Shown here: positions 51,577 to 64,000 of the stretch, piece by piece | Numbering within the stretch: position 1 is the first letter of the stretch | How the letters are laid out: every line of letters starts with the position of its first letter | NCBI GenBank assembly: GCA_951406725.2 | Contig: OX597842.1 | Coordinates: 6,634,001 to 6,698,000, forward strand | DNA from: Octopus vulgaris | Taxonomy: Eukaryota | Length of the DNA stretch: 64,000 bases | Reading direction: 5' to 3' | The notes under the pieces: model-generated | Database searches by the model: none | The model's input: the letters and a program-made list of their open reading frames with translations, nothing else | Told to the model about the DNA's origin: nothing | Made by a program: the position numbers and the translations under genes

Positions 51577-53349
51577 CGACGGGCTTCTTTCTGTTTCTGT
51601 CCACCAAATCCATTTACAAGACTTTGGTCAACCCAGGGTATAGTAGAAGACACTTGCCCAAGATGCCACACAGTAGGACTGAACCCAGAACCACGTGGTT
51701 TGGAAGCAGATTTCTTACCACACAGCCACACCTGTTCCCATATGTTCAATTTAGCAACAGAAGACCCATGTGTGCTTGTGTCTACAGTAAATTTATCATT
51801 TTCTGTGTGCCTGAAATATGTGTGTTGTATGTTCTCCCGGAATACCTGAGTTCTTTGTTTTCCCAGAATGCTCAACTATGTATACAAAGAAAACTGAGCC
51901 ATGCTGATATCTTAAGAACTCATAACGATAGGTACAGGCGTGGTTGTGTCATAAGAGGTTTACTTCCCAACCACATGGTCCTGAGTTCATTCCCAATGCA
52001 ATGCGCCTTGGGCAAGTGTCTTCTACTATAGCCTCATGCCAACCAAAGCCTTGTGAGTGGATTTGGTAGATGGAAACCGAAAGAAACCTGTCGTATATGT
52101 GTGTGTGTGTGTGTTTGTTCCCTCCACTACCATTTGACAATTGATGTTGGTGTATTTACATCCCTGTAACTTTGTGGTTTGGCAAAAGAGACCTGTAGAA
52201 TAAGTACTAGGCTTAAGAAATAATTCCTGAGGTTGATTTGAATGCAGTGCTGCAGCATGGCCGCTGTCAAGCAACTGGAGCAAGTAAAAGAATAAAAGAA
52301 AAAACTATATTCTGTGTTTCTACTGTAACACACATGTTTATTCTGTATCTACTGAAATCTTGACAATATTTGAGTTCCCTGGAAATTTGAAGGGTTCCTA
52401 GAATACTTGGATGTGTTTTATTTGTTCACAAAATACAGAACTGTTCTTGCGTCACCCAAAAGTTCAAAATCTTAAGTGTATTTTGTGTTTTCACAGAAAG
52501 CTTTGGATATTTTTTCTAAGTATTTTCTCAGAAAGCTGAAGTTTGTTTCTGTTTGTTGTGTTTCATTTTTTACCCCTCAGTATCAACATCCTTATCATGA
52601 TGATGATCATCATCATTTAGGGTCTGTTTTCCATGCCAGTATGGATTGGACGTTTTTGCCAGAGCTAGTAAGGCCAGGTCACAATAAGGCCCCATTATCT
52701 CTTCTGCCATGATTTCTAGGGCTGGATTCTCTTCCTAATGCCAACCACTCTACGGAGTGTACTGGATGCTTTTTACGTGGCACCATCACCAATGCTTTTA
52801 CATGGCAACAGTACCAGTGATTTTTCTGTCACTACCACTAGTGCTTTTAACACATCATCAGCACCAATGTTCTCTAAGTGGCACCATCACTTGTGCTTTT
52901 CATCTGGCATCATCATCTATGCATTTTGTGGAACCATCACCAATGCATCTTAAGTGGCATCATTACCAGTGCTTTTATATAGCACCATCACCAATGCTTT
53001 TTACAAGACACCACCACCTGTGCTTTTTATGTGGCCCCATCACCCATGCTTTTTACGTGGCACCATCACCAGTGCTTTTTTATTTGGTATCAGCACCAAC
53101 ACCAATGCTTTTTACAAGACACCATCACCAGTACTTTTTATGTGGTGCCATCAGCTGAGCTCTTTATATGGAATCAGCATTGGCATCAATTCTGCTGTGT
53201 TGGATGAGTCTTCTTTGGTGCAGTTGGGTGCCAGCCAGATATCTTGATCATTTAACATACTCGTACACACACACATATACATATATATATATATAAATTG
53301 GAAGGTTTGGAGATGATGTACAGGTATTTTATATTTTATATTTCTTCTA

Positions 53350-53381
<32 letters not shown>

Positions 53382-53399
53382 TCATTCACACATACATAT

Positions 53400-53504
53400 A
53401 TATATGTATGTATTTGTATGTATGTATGTATGTATGTATGTATGTATGTATGTATGTATGTATGTATGTATGTATGTCTAGCTATCTATCTATATGTCTG
53501 TCTC

Positions 53505-53565
<61 letters not shown>

Positions 53566-53566
53566 A
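53400..53566. repeat. (TATG)n-(TATC)n microsatellite
   Basis: Seen directly. Confidence 0.95.
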
Positions 53567-55915
53567 TATTTATATATATAACTGTAATTGCTCTGAGATT
53601 CTCCATTAAAATGATTTATCCTACATTTTCCTAAGGCTAAAATTTCATAATGTAAGCAGATTTACTTTCTCACTTCTAAGAACAAAGAATCTATTTTAAA
53701 GAGGAGACTTTACTTTAGTGTGACTGGTTCATGTGTCTGTCATGGATAAAGAATATAAGGGTTCAATTCCTGCAGGTTGCCTTAAATTTATTTCCCCATC
53801 CAAGGGTTGTTTTTTTTAAACCTGGTTTATTATATGCTATTCTTTATAGCTGTATCCACTTTGAGATACATGAGAGAAGGGTTAGTCTTTATGTGGTGGC
53901 CCTTAAACTGTGAGGTTTATGAGAATATTTCTTCTCTGATGTATATATAGCATAGAAAGACAATAGGGTGGTACCATTTGTAGGAGAGGTTATGAAGATA
54001 AAAGGGGATGAAATACTGAAAGTGAATAAATTAAGGGAAATTAAAAGCAATTAAGAACAAGGTAGTGTTACCCTATTGTCTTTTTATACTAAACCATAAC
54101 CATGGTGTCCGAAGCATACCAGCACATTATGATGACTATATAGTCTCTAAGAATGGGAATAAGAATATCAATAGCAAAAACAGTTACAACAACAATAACA
54201 GCCACTTTAACAACCAAAAGAGATTCTAAATGGTTGTTCAATCCACTAGAAATAGCAACCAAATCACACCTGTGTTACATAAGAGGCAGGCTAGATTAGA
54301 CTAAGACTATGCAATCCTTAGATATCCCTAGAGAATGGAAAAGGTCATGGATGGATTGCTTTGGATCACAAGTCTGCTGAGTCGGCATTGACTGGGCTAA
54401 AAACGATATCAACAACACAGATGACAACAGCAGTAAGGACAACAACAAAGCAACAACAACAGCAGCAACAACAAAATACTTCCAACAAAAATTCCAATCA
54501 AACAACAATTATCAATGTACCTTTGATCTTCTATCTCTTGTTTCAGTAGACTGTGGCCATGCTGGGGCACTGCCTTGAACAATTTGTTTTTAGTCAAATG
54601 AATTGACCCCAGAACTGGGTTCAAACGCCTGGTACTTATTCTATTGATCTCTTTTGCCAAACTGCTAAGTTACAGGGGACATAAACACACCAACACCAGT
54701 GTCAAGCGGTGTTGGAGCACAAACACAGACACAAAGACACACACACATAGATATATATAACCCAAGGCTATCTTCTACCCAAGGTGTCACACAGTGGGAC
54801 TGAACCCAAAACGGTGTGGTTGGGAAGCAAGCTTCTTACCACACAACCAAAAATGTCAATAAAAACAATTCAAGAAATAATAACAAACAAAAGATATAGA
54901 ATTTTTTTGTAACTCTGCATATGGGTGTATTTATTATAAATTATAGTCCAGTATAGGCACCCCAGGATATATATAATATAACATGATATAATATATATAT
55001 ATATACACATATATATATATATATATATATACAAATATATATGTTGGTAAATATTTCTATAACACAGTATTGACTGAGAGGTCAAAAGGTATGTTTTTCT
55101 TTCTGAGTCAATTCCATGAAAACTGTCCAACGAAAGAGAGATTCTGCCATTTTTTGTTTTATATATGTATATGGATGGATGGATGAAGAGAGGAATTCTT
55201 GCTGTGTTGTTTTGTTAATTGTTCTTGGTTATTCATTCCTCTTTGTGCAGTTCATCATCATCATTATAATTAACCTGCCAGTGTTGGAATTTTTAATTAG
55301 AAAAAAATTATTGATAATTCTCTTCCATGTGCAAAATAACCGAAAATTTTCAAAAACAACATCCATAGAATACTAGACTATCAAATATAATAAATAATTG
55401 ATAATAAATTATAAATAATAATAATAATTGTTTTTCTTCAATATATATATTTTTTCATCTTTTTTTAAACCTTCATTTTTTTTTTCACAATTATTACGGG
55501 TGTTGCATGTCGTTAGTTTATTATCTCATAAATTTTCTGTCTTTCTTTCAACTTCTGGCATTCTTTGAGCTCCGTTTCTGTTCTGTGTTTTTGATATTTT
55601 GTCATGAATATTTTTTAAAAAAATTTATTTTATTTTATTTATTCATTTTTTCTACCCCTTCACTCCACCCGAAAAAAAAGGAACCAAAAAAACAGTCCAC
55701 AACACACACAAGGTCGCAGTCAAATATTTTGAGCAAAGAAAATTCCGGTTATTTTTATGCACAGATGTTTCCACTTCTGCTTTTGTCTTAGATTCTTAGT
55801 TTTCTTCTGGCAAGTTTATCATTTTGTTGTTGTTGTTATCGTTGGTTCTGGTGGGTGTTATTGCTGTTGATGTTGGTGTTGTTGTTGGTGGTGGTGGTAG
55901 TAGTCATGATTTTGT

Positions 55916-56038
55916 TTAGAAGTGGTCATCTTCTCCACCGTTGGACATATGTACAGATCGACTAAAAGTTGCTGAATATCCGGAACCACGACCTTGCATA
56001 GTTGTGACTTGGTGACTGCTGGAGCTGCTTGTCAAAGA
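55916..56038 (-). CDS. Candidate terminal coding exon of an unidentified host gene
   Basis: Strong acceptor ttcttattctttgtttgtctctaaacAG; unique sequence reading SLTSSSSSHQVTTMQGRGSGYSATFSRSVHMSNGGEDDHF*, followed by an AT-rich UTR-like tract. Confidence 0.65.
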   Translation of the reverse strand, partial: SLTSSSSSHQVTTMQGRGSGYSATFSRSVHMSNGGEDDHF

Positions 56039-56084
56039 CTGTTTAGAGACAAACAAAGAATAAGAATTGTTAGACAAACAGATT

Positions 56085-56470
56085 GAGAGATGGAGAGATA
56101 GATAGAAAGATAGATAGAGAGATAGATAGATAGAAAGATAGATAGATAGAAAAATAGATAGAGAGATGGATAGATAGATAGATAGAAAGATAGATAGATA
56201 GAGAGATGGATAGAGAGATAGATAGAGAGATAGAGAGATGGATAGATAGATAGATAGATAGAAAGATAGATAGATAGAAAGATAGATAGAAAGATAGATA
56301 GAGAGATGGATAGATAGATAGATAGAAAGATAGATAGAGAGATGGATAGATAGAAAGATAGATAGAAAGATAGATAGAGAGATGGATAGATAGAAAGATA
56401 GAGAGAGAGATGGATAGATAGATAGATAGAAAGATAGATAGAGAGATGGATAGAGAGATGGATAGACAGA
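56085..56470. repeat. (GATA)n-family microsatellite
   Basis: Seen directly. Confidence 0.95.
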
Positions 56471-56798
56471 TAAAAGAAAGAGATTACTCCAAAGAAATCA
56501 GAAGACTCAGGTAATATTTCTGAAGAAATTGAAACTTAAGCCAAATAATTTCAAGTTATGTTCCATTAGTTCTTCTTTCATTGATGAACTGTACTTGGGA
56601 ATTTCATATTCTATAATCACGTTCCTTATTTGGAAATTATTGCAAAAAAGTTATAATTGTAAATACAAAGATACATAATATAGAAGATTTCATTTAAATG
56701 CACACATTATATATATGTGTTTGTGTGTGTGTATATGTCTATATTTATATATATGTATATATATATATGTTTATACATATATGTATGTATATATATGT

Positions 56799-56842
<44 letters not shown>

Positions 56843-57002
56843 ATATGAGCATATACATATATGTAAATATAAATATAGAGAGATAGAAAGAGAGAGAGAG
56901 AGAAAGTTAGGTATAAGAGACCTAAACAATCAAATGATTTAGTATATATGTGTGTGTGTGTATGTGTATGTATATATGTGTGCATATATATACATAAATA
57001 TA

Positions 57003-57054
<52 letters not shown>

Positions 57055-58518
57055 GCATGTATATATATGTATGTGTGTGTATATATATATATGTATATAT
57101 AGATATAGATATACATATATCTATATCTATATGTATACATCTATATATATATATATATATGTATGTAGACCAAATATATGTGAGAGTTTATTGTGGGATA
57201 CAATTGATTTAATCGACTCCAGTAGAACAAGTAATTCATTTCATCAAATCGAAAACGATGAAAGATAAAGTACCCCAGTATGTTATTATTGATTTCATTA
57301 TCGTCATTTATCATTATTAACAATAATAATAATAATAATAATCATATGCATTCATATGTATAAAATATGTAGCGAAGAGTGTTGTAGTTCACTTGAAGCA
57401 CTGTAGTACAAAAGTAGAGAATTGAATGGAAGGAAAAAATAAGGAAAGTTTCTAACAATCCAGAAAGATTTAAAATCCATTATATTTCAGGCATTTTTTT
57501 TTTTTACAGATAAGACTTTCTGCCTAAAAAATAAAGGCTTTTAAACTCACAACAGTACTTGAAGCTTTCCTTATTTCTCATTTGATTCAATACATATATA
57601 TATATATATGTATATATGTAGAGAGAGAGAGAGAAGATTAAGTTTCCAAAATACTGGGAATACTTTTTACTATAGTTTTAGTAATTATGCTTTCAAATTT
57701 TTGAGTGATAATTGCTCCAGATCAAACTCCATTGGCTAGAGATCATGATAAAATTGGAATAATAATAATAATATTAATAACAATGATGATTTTTTCATAC
57801 ATTTGGCAGAAGGCCGAAAACCTTTTGGTGAGAAGTAGTTATAGTCGATCATATTGGATCCCAATTCATGGCTGGTATCTTATTTTGAAAACAATAAAGA
57901 CATGGAACTCGAGAAGCAATACATATTTGAAGAAAACTTTACCTTTTCTTTCAAAGCATCTTTTTGAGGAAATCAATATTGCTATATATACATGCATATA
58001 TATATATATATAAATCTATATATATATAAATAAATCTATATATATATATCTAAAATATATATATATATATATTTAGGAATGTATATATACAAATGCACAT
58101 AAGCTCTTAATATCATAAGAGCTCACAAATCACAGCAGAGCCATTGTTCTCAAGCGATTAAGAATATGATAATGATAATAGTAATAATACTATTAATATT
58201 GATACTATAATCAAAAGAAAACAACACACGCACAAACAAACAAGCAACAATCGACTAAGCAATCTACGTTTTTGTTATTGTTGTTGTTGTGGCGGCGATG
58301 GTAATGGTAGTAGTAGTAGTAATGTGGTAATGGTGCTAGTAGTATTACTAGTAGTGATGATGAGGATGATTATGATGGTATTGAGGAGGTTCCTTAGAAT
58401 AATGGTAGTAGGATAGAATAGAAGAAAAAGAGAAAGTAGAGAAGAATGGGCTGGGAAAAATCTTTCGGTGCCGAATGACAAAGTAATTCCAATGACATAG
58501 AACCCAGGTGAAGATTCT

Positions 58519-58689
58519 TTAGGCCAATCTGTGTGACATAACTGACAGGCTTTTAAAATCGCAAGTACAGTTCATCGGTTCATGAAAATCTGTCTGTGTC
58601 TTCATCCTGGTCGCTTTTGTATCTAATTCCACGTGACCAGCTTGTAGATGTCTTTGTTGGCCACAAATAAATTTACACTTTTGACTCAG
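58519..58689 (-). CDS. Candidate alternative terminal exon of the same gene
   Basis: Acceptor tttattttgtttgctcttactccatgtcttcAG. Phase 1 gives AESKV* (stop 58673-58675); phase 0 gives 56 aa to 58519. Confidence 0.4.
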   Translation of the reverse strand: MSQKCKFICGQQRHLQAGHVELDTKATRMKTQTDFHEPMNCTCDFKSLSVMSHRLA

Positions 58690-58956
58690 CTGAAGACATG
58701 GAGTAAGAGCAAACAAAATAAAGGATATCTCACAGCCATTATTAACCCAGGCCAAGTCCAATTTAATACCAACACCTGGAGTAATCTATTTAATGTTTTG
58801 GGACATCATACCCCACTTGAATAGGGAGTTGTCTGCTGAAATTAATCCAGATATCAGTGGTTTGTCTGCTATCATCTCTTGAAGGTGTCATTTGAATGTT
58901 ATGGAGTCGTTTTCTTCATTGATTTTTTTGTGGGATAATAAAACAGGGCCAGATGA

Positions 58957-59007
<51 letters not shown>

Positions 59008-61181
59008 TTGTATGTGTGTATATATATATATATATATGTATGTGTGTGAATATATATAGACTGATAGATTGAATGAAAAGAGAGATGTGGTTATGACAAG
59101 TAGGAAATAGAGAAAAGGTGTTCTGTGAAAAATAGAAATGAAAGTACTGAGATCATTTTAAGGAAAAGAATCATTTCATCATTAAAAAACATCAAGGCCT
59201 CACATAAAACCACTACAGGTGAGGACCATAAGACACAGGATAAACTACATTTTCAGGGGTTAGCAACTGATAATAATTCATTTTGAGTTGTGTTTTAGGA
59301 TTAACAAGGGTTTATTGAAGGATATCTTTCTACAGGAATTCATTCATGCCATTTTAAAAGTCAGAAGAGGGTTTCACAAGTCATTGAAGAGACCTTGCAG
59401 TTTTTGGCAAACTTGATCATTCGGTAGGAGAGTCATATGGGTTAGAGAAGAGATGGGTTTTTCTGGAGGAAAAACATGACTGGGAATGAAGAGGGAATAA
59501 AGGATGAAGACAAATGGAGAAAGACCGAGAAGGAGAGAAAAATATATATATAGGAAGGAAATAGGGAGAGAGAAGAGAGAAGAAAAGAAAATGATAGAAG
59601 GATGAAAGGAAAAAAGATTAAGGAAGAAATAGAGATATTTAAGGGAATTACTTTTAGGGTTCATTTACAGAAATCATTAAAGTAGGGATTAATATTTAGA
59701 AGGATCACACACTAAGAAAAAAGAATGAAAACTCAAATTCAGTATATTTTAAGGGGAGGTTCTCATGTAAAGTAGTAATTCTGATATCAAACAATGCAGG
59801 TTTAATTGAAGAGAGGACGGGTGTATTACAACACATACCAACACCCGGTTTTTTTTTAGGTAAGAAGAAAATATTTAAGATGTAATTTTCTTAGATTCTC
59901 CTTACCAATGAAGTTCCTTAGTTATCGTTGGTGGATGAATTTGTTTCTTTTACTGAAAAAATAATAATTGTTTTTTCAATAAATGATGTACACCGTTTCT
60001 TCGACTTCTCATATTTTGTTTATGATATTTGTATTGTTAATACTAGCATATCATTTGCATAGGATTTCTATTTTGGCCTTTAGGTAGCTTTCCTAAGATA
60101 TATAGTTTTGCATACCATGGTTAGTCCACATTACTCTTTAAGGAGCACAGGGTCAGATTTCCAGTTTCTATGGTGGGTATATATATTCATTCCTGGACAG
60201 GGATCTGTCACAGGATGACTCATATTTATCATTTGAGTGGACTGGAGCAACATGAAATGATGTGTTTTGCTTAAGAACACAACGCATTGCCTGGTCAGGA
60301 ATTGAAACCACAACCTTACGATCATGAATCCAACACCCTAAACACTAAACCATGTGCCTCCACTTTTACCTATAAAAATATCCTGCAATTTTGTTCCAGA
60401 TTTTTAACTGTTACCAAATATCTTTTATTTTTTTTTTTGGTTTTTGGCTGTTTGTTTCTTTTGTACCTTTATTGCAAAAGAACCCTGGCTGTACCCTTCC
60501 AGCCCTTTATGTCTGATAAGCCGTTGATTATCCTTTCAGTTTTTAAGTAAAACAATTCCGAAGACATCCAGGAATATTCTGGCTGGAAATAGTTTTTGAT
60601 TTATAAAACTATCAATATCCTCACTGTATTATCTTATCATGAGTGAGGTTTTTTCTAATTTATGAATAATATTCCTCTGACAGCATCACATATATATATA
60701 TATATGTGTATATATATTGTCACTGCATTTATTTATTTGCTTTTGTTTCTGACTTGCTTGGCCCTGATTCAAAGATGTTCCATCCGTGGCAACCCCATTT
60801 CTTATTCCAGACATAGCATATCTAGGACTAAGTTGTAACATGTACCATTTTTTAAGAAAGCAAGATATGATTCGAGGGAGATATGACGGACAATTGTTTT
60901 GGGTTTACAGGTCCAGTTTGTAACTCCATTGTATGTAGATAAATGTAATGATGGATAATTGCAAAAAACAAGAGAATAAAACAAAAATATATAAAATAGA
61001 CAAAAAAACATGGTTGGTGATATGAATGAAGAAAACATGATGAATAAGCAACAACAACAATAAAAATACTATGCCATTGTATTTTTTTTGTTTTAAAAAA
61101 CATTGAGAAGCAACTACTATAGCTGAAAAATTAACAAGTATACTTGTTATATATATATGTATGTGTATGTGAATGCATATA

Positions 61182-61234
<53 letters not shown>

Positions 61235-61843
61235 GTGTAACTATAAAGTAAAGCGGAAATGAAAACAACAATAATTATTAACAACAATAATAGCATTGAT
61301 AAGTGACTACTACAACTACTATTGCTCAGAAACGAACGAAGAGTAAAAAAAAATAATAATAATAATCGTCTGAACAAAGGAGAGCGTTCTGAAATGCCAA
61401 AAAAAGCCAAGAGTTAAATTGGAACCTGTGTGACAAGTTCATTGCAAGGTCCATCATCACAAGCTTATCAAAGCAGCGACAGCCAGAAGAGAAAAAATTG
61501 TAAATGAACAAATGGATGTATATTGAATGAAGGAATTGATTGATTAATTAACATTAATTATTAAATAATACACTACTGTAAGTGTGTAAGTGTGTTGAAT
61601 GAATCTACTTTATATATAATATATATTATATATTCATGCAAGAAACTCTTTGAATAAGCTTATATATATATATACATATTTTTATTAACATGATATATAT
61701 ATATATTTTTCTTGCAGTTTAACAATAACAATAATAATAATAATATTAATTAATATTATTGATGTTATTAATTATGACTATCATAATTAAAACAATAACA
61801 ATATTAATAATAATTATTATTCTTTCTCTTTTGTGTTTCGTAC

Positions 61844-61902
61844 CTTTAGTTTTGTCAATTACCTCAGTGAGAAGATGACGCGCTTGCTCGCATAATTCCA
61901 GG
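61844..61902 (-). CDS. Candidate small internal coding exon with two tandem donors
   Basis: Branch point CTAAC plus pyrimidine tract and TAG acceptor; reads LELCEQARHLLTE|gtaatt (exon end 61863) or ...VIDKTK(G)|gtacga (exon end 61844). Confidence 0.6.
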
Positions 61903-62423
61903 CTAAAGGGAAGAATGTTAGTGAAGAATGCTATGTCAGATAAAATATCTTTTAATTGGCCCCAGTTCATGACTGGTTTTATATTCATCAACCCAGGAAT
62001 GATAAGAATTCAAAATCCAATAATAACCAGTAGGATTTGAATTCTGACTGTAATTATATTAATAATTAATATTTTGTGCTATAGGAATAAGGCCATGAGT
62101 GTTTGGTGACAAAAGGGAATGAAATCAAAAACATTCCCCAAATATTTTGAAATCCAATTGGAGACACACACACAAAAAGAAGAAAATTAATTTAAATGGG
62201 AGAAGACCCTAATATGAATAGCAACTACAACATGAGCAATAGCAAAAACATTCCATGATTTACTAACAATGTGGAATAAAATGAACTTCACAGCTTGAGA
62301 TGTTTCCAAGACAAAGGTTTGTTACAAAGGTCAGTACCTCCTTGCTTGAAAGAGGATTTTCCATATGACCTCAGAAGATGAGTTAGAGGAGGCTCTGACT
62401 GATGGAATAAAGTACTTGGAAGC

Positions 62424-63210
62424 ATGTACCTGGTTTTTATGACCAAGGATAAGGTAAGAAGACAGATAGACCTGGTGCATGACATGGCTACTCACAGGCT
62501 AATGCCATTGTAGAGTTCAAGGGGCACTAGGATTAAAGATGATGGTATGAGTGTTAACCCTTGGTGACCAGCTCAGCCTTTTTGTATAGTATATATCATT
62601 GGAGTTCAATGAGGTCAGACTATGCATTTCAGATGGTAGCAGAATGAAGAGATTTGGAAGCAGCTATTTTTAGCAGGGCAAGTTATCGCAAAGCATAGAA
62701 AAAGGACTTCACTTATTGATTTGCTCATCTTGTAGCTGTTTGCTTGCAGTGAGATAAAACACATTGCCTCATTGCTTGGTGACTAACTGTAGTAAATGGG
62801 TGAAACAATGAGAATAAACTAAAAAAAAATATCCATGCCCAGCACACACAAAAATTGCAGTGATGTCAGAAAAGGGACCCCAAACCAGAGTGCAAGTCCA
62901 GCCTATTTTTACCCTGATATTTAGTGATTTAGTGTGCAAAGGTTTTGTAGTTTAAGCAATAGAAAATAACATAGGAAATAAATTGAGATTTGAATCTCAC
63001 AGGTAACCATCAACGTATAATTTTTTTACATCTATGGTTTATTTTTTAACTCAGTGTTTTATGTTTTTATGACCAAGGATAAGGCAAGAAGATAGATAGA
63101 CCTGGTGCATGACATGGCTACTCACAGGCTAATGCCATTGTAGAGTTCAAGGGGAACTAGGATTGTGAATATAAATGATGGGATGAGTGTCAACTCTTGG
63201 TGATCAGCTC
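62424..63210 (+). repeat. Dispersed direct repeat of about 150 bp
   Basis: gtttttatgaccaaggataagg...gatagacctggtgcatgacatggctactcacagg at ~62433 and ~63063. Confidence 0.8.
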
Positions 63211-64000
63211 TAGCTGTATCTACTCCGAGATTCATCATTAAAATGAATTACTTCACATTTTCTTGAAGCTTTTACATTTCATAATGGGAGCAGACTTACT
63301 TTCTTGCTTGTAAGAATTGCTTGTATTTAATTTTAAGGAGGAGAAGCCAAAGTCTATTTTGTAACTGGCTACTATGTCTATCATGGCCTTTGGCCTTTTT
63401 TTCTATCTGAAAGCATTTTTGAATCCAATATGTTGCATTATTTATAGCCGCCTCCATTTTAAGATTCAACATTAAAATGATTTATGATTTCCTTAACCTC
63501 CTTCTATAAACCTTGGAAGTTAACTTACTGGTTGCTTGTAGATAAGGTTTTGTTGTTTAAATAACAGAAAGACCCCAGGAAAACCTCTGAATATCAGTTT
63601 AACTTAACTTAAATTTAGGGAGCAAGAGTTTTGTAGTTTAAACAAAGGAATAAAAAGAAGTCCTAAACCCTGAATACAAATTTGGTCTTATTTACCTTTT
63701 CAATATTCAGTATCTGAAAGGATTCAGCTGATTAAAACAGTCCCCAGTTTTTTAAATGGGGCTTATTTTATTGCTTCACTTCACAAAGGACGAGAAGCAA
63801 GTTTGAACTTGCAGTGTTGGGATAGGAATTTTTAGAAATATAAACTAATTTAATCATAGTAGCAATAACTGTTTCTAATTTGGGCAAAAGACTAGCAATT
63901 TTTAGGGAAAGGCTGCTAGTTGATTAAACTGAACCCAGTATTTGACTGGTACTTTATTTTATTGACCTTTGGACGAATGAAAAGCAAAATTGACCTTAGA

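Overview
Eukaryotic, AT-rich, repeat-dense genomic DNA. The tRNA-derived SINE families, the microsatellite load and the single-exon poly-C2H2 gene suggest a coleoid cephalopod (Octopus-like); this is inference, not a database result. Host genes: a 15-finger C2H2 zinc-finger gene on the minus strand (main exon 1375-2742, candidate first exon/promoter near 7989-8200), an orphan zinc-finger fragment split by an RTE insertion, and the 3' end of an unidentified minus-strand gene (candidate exons near 61.9, 58.7 and 56.0 kb). The rest is mobile DNA. It includes a young CR1/L2-group LINE with an uninterrupted CCCH-APE-RT frame plus a tandem 3' duplicate, RTE LINEs (one with a PHD finger inside the RT region), Penelope fragments with hammerhead-like motifs, Helitron ends, nested MITEs, and Tc1/mariner/Tigger/piggyBac remnants. 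Most notable are tandem H-type-pseudoknot-like modules in the RTE 3' UTR, a 98-bp satellite with a 782-bp higher-order repeat born in an RTE 3' UTR, a SINE-LINE-LINE chimera whose copies differ almost only by sense-strand A/G changes, a covarying SINE/LINE 3' stem-loop, and a 445-bp fold-back inside a LINE. Most short ORFs in the track are repeat noise. All alignments and counts were made by eye.
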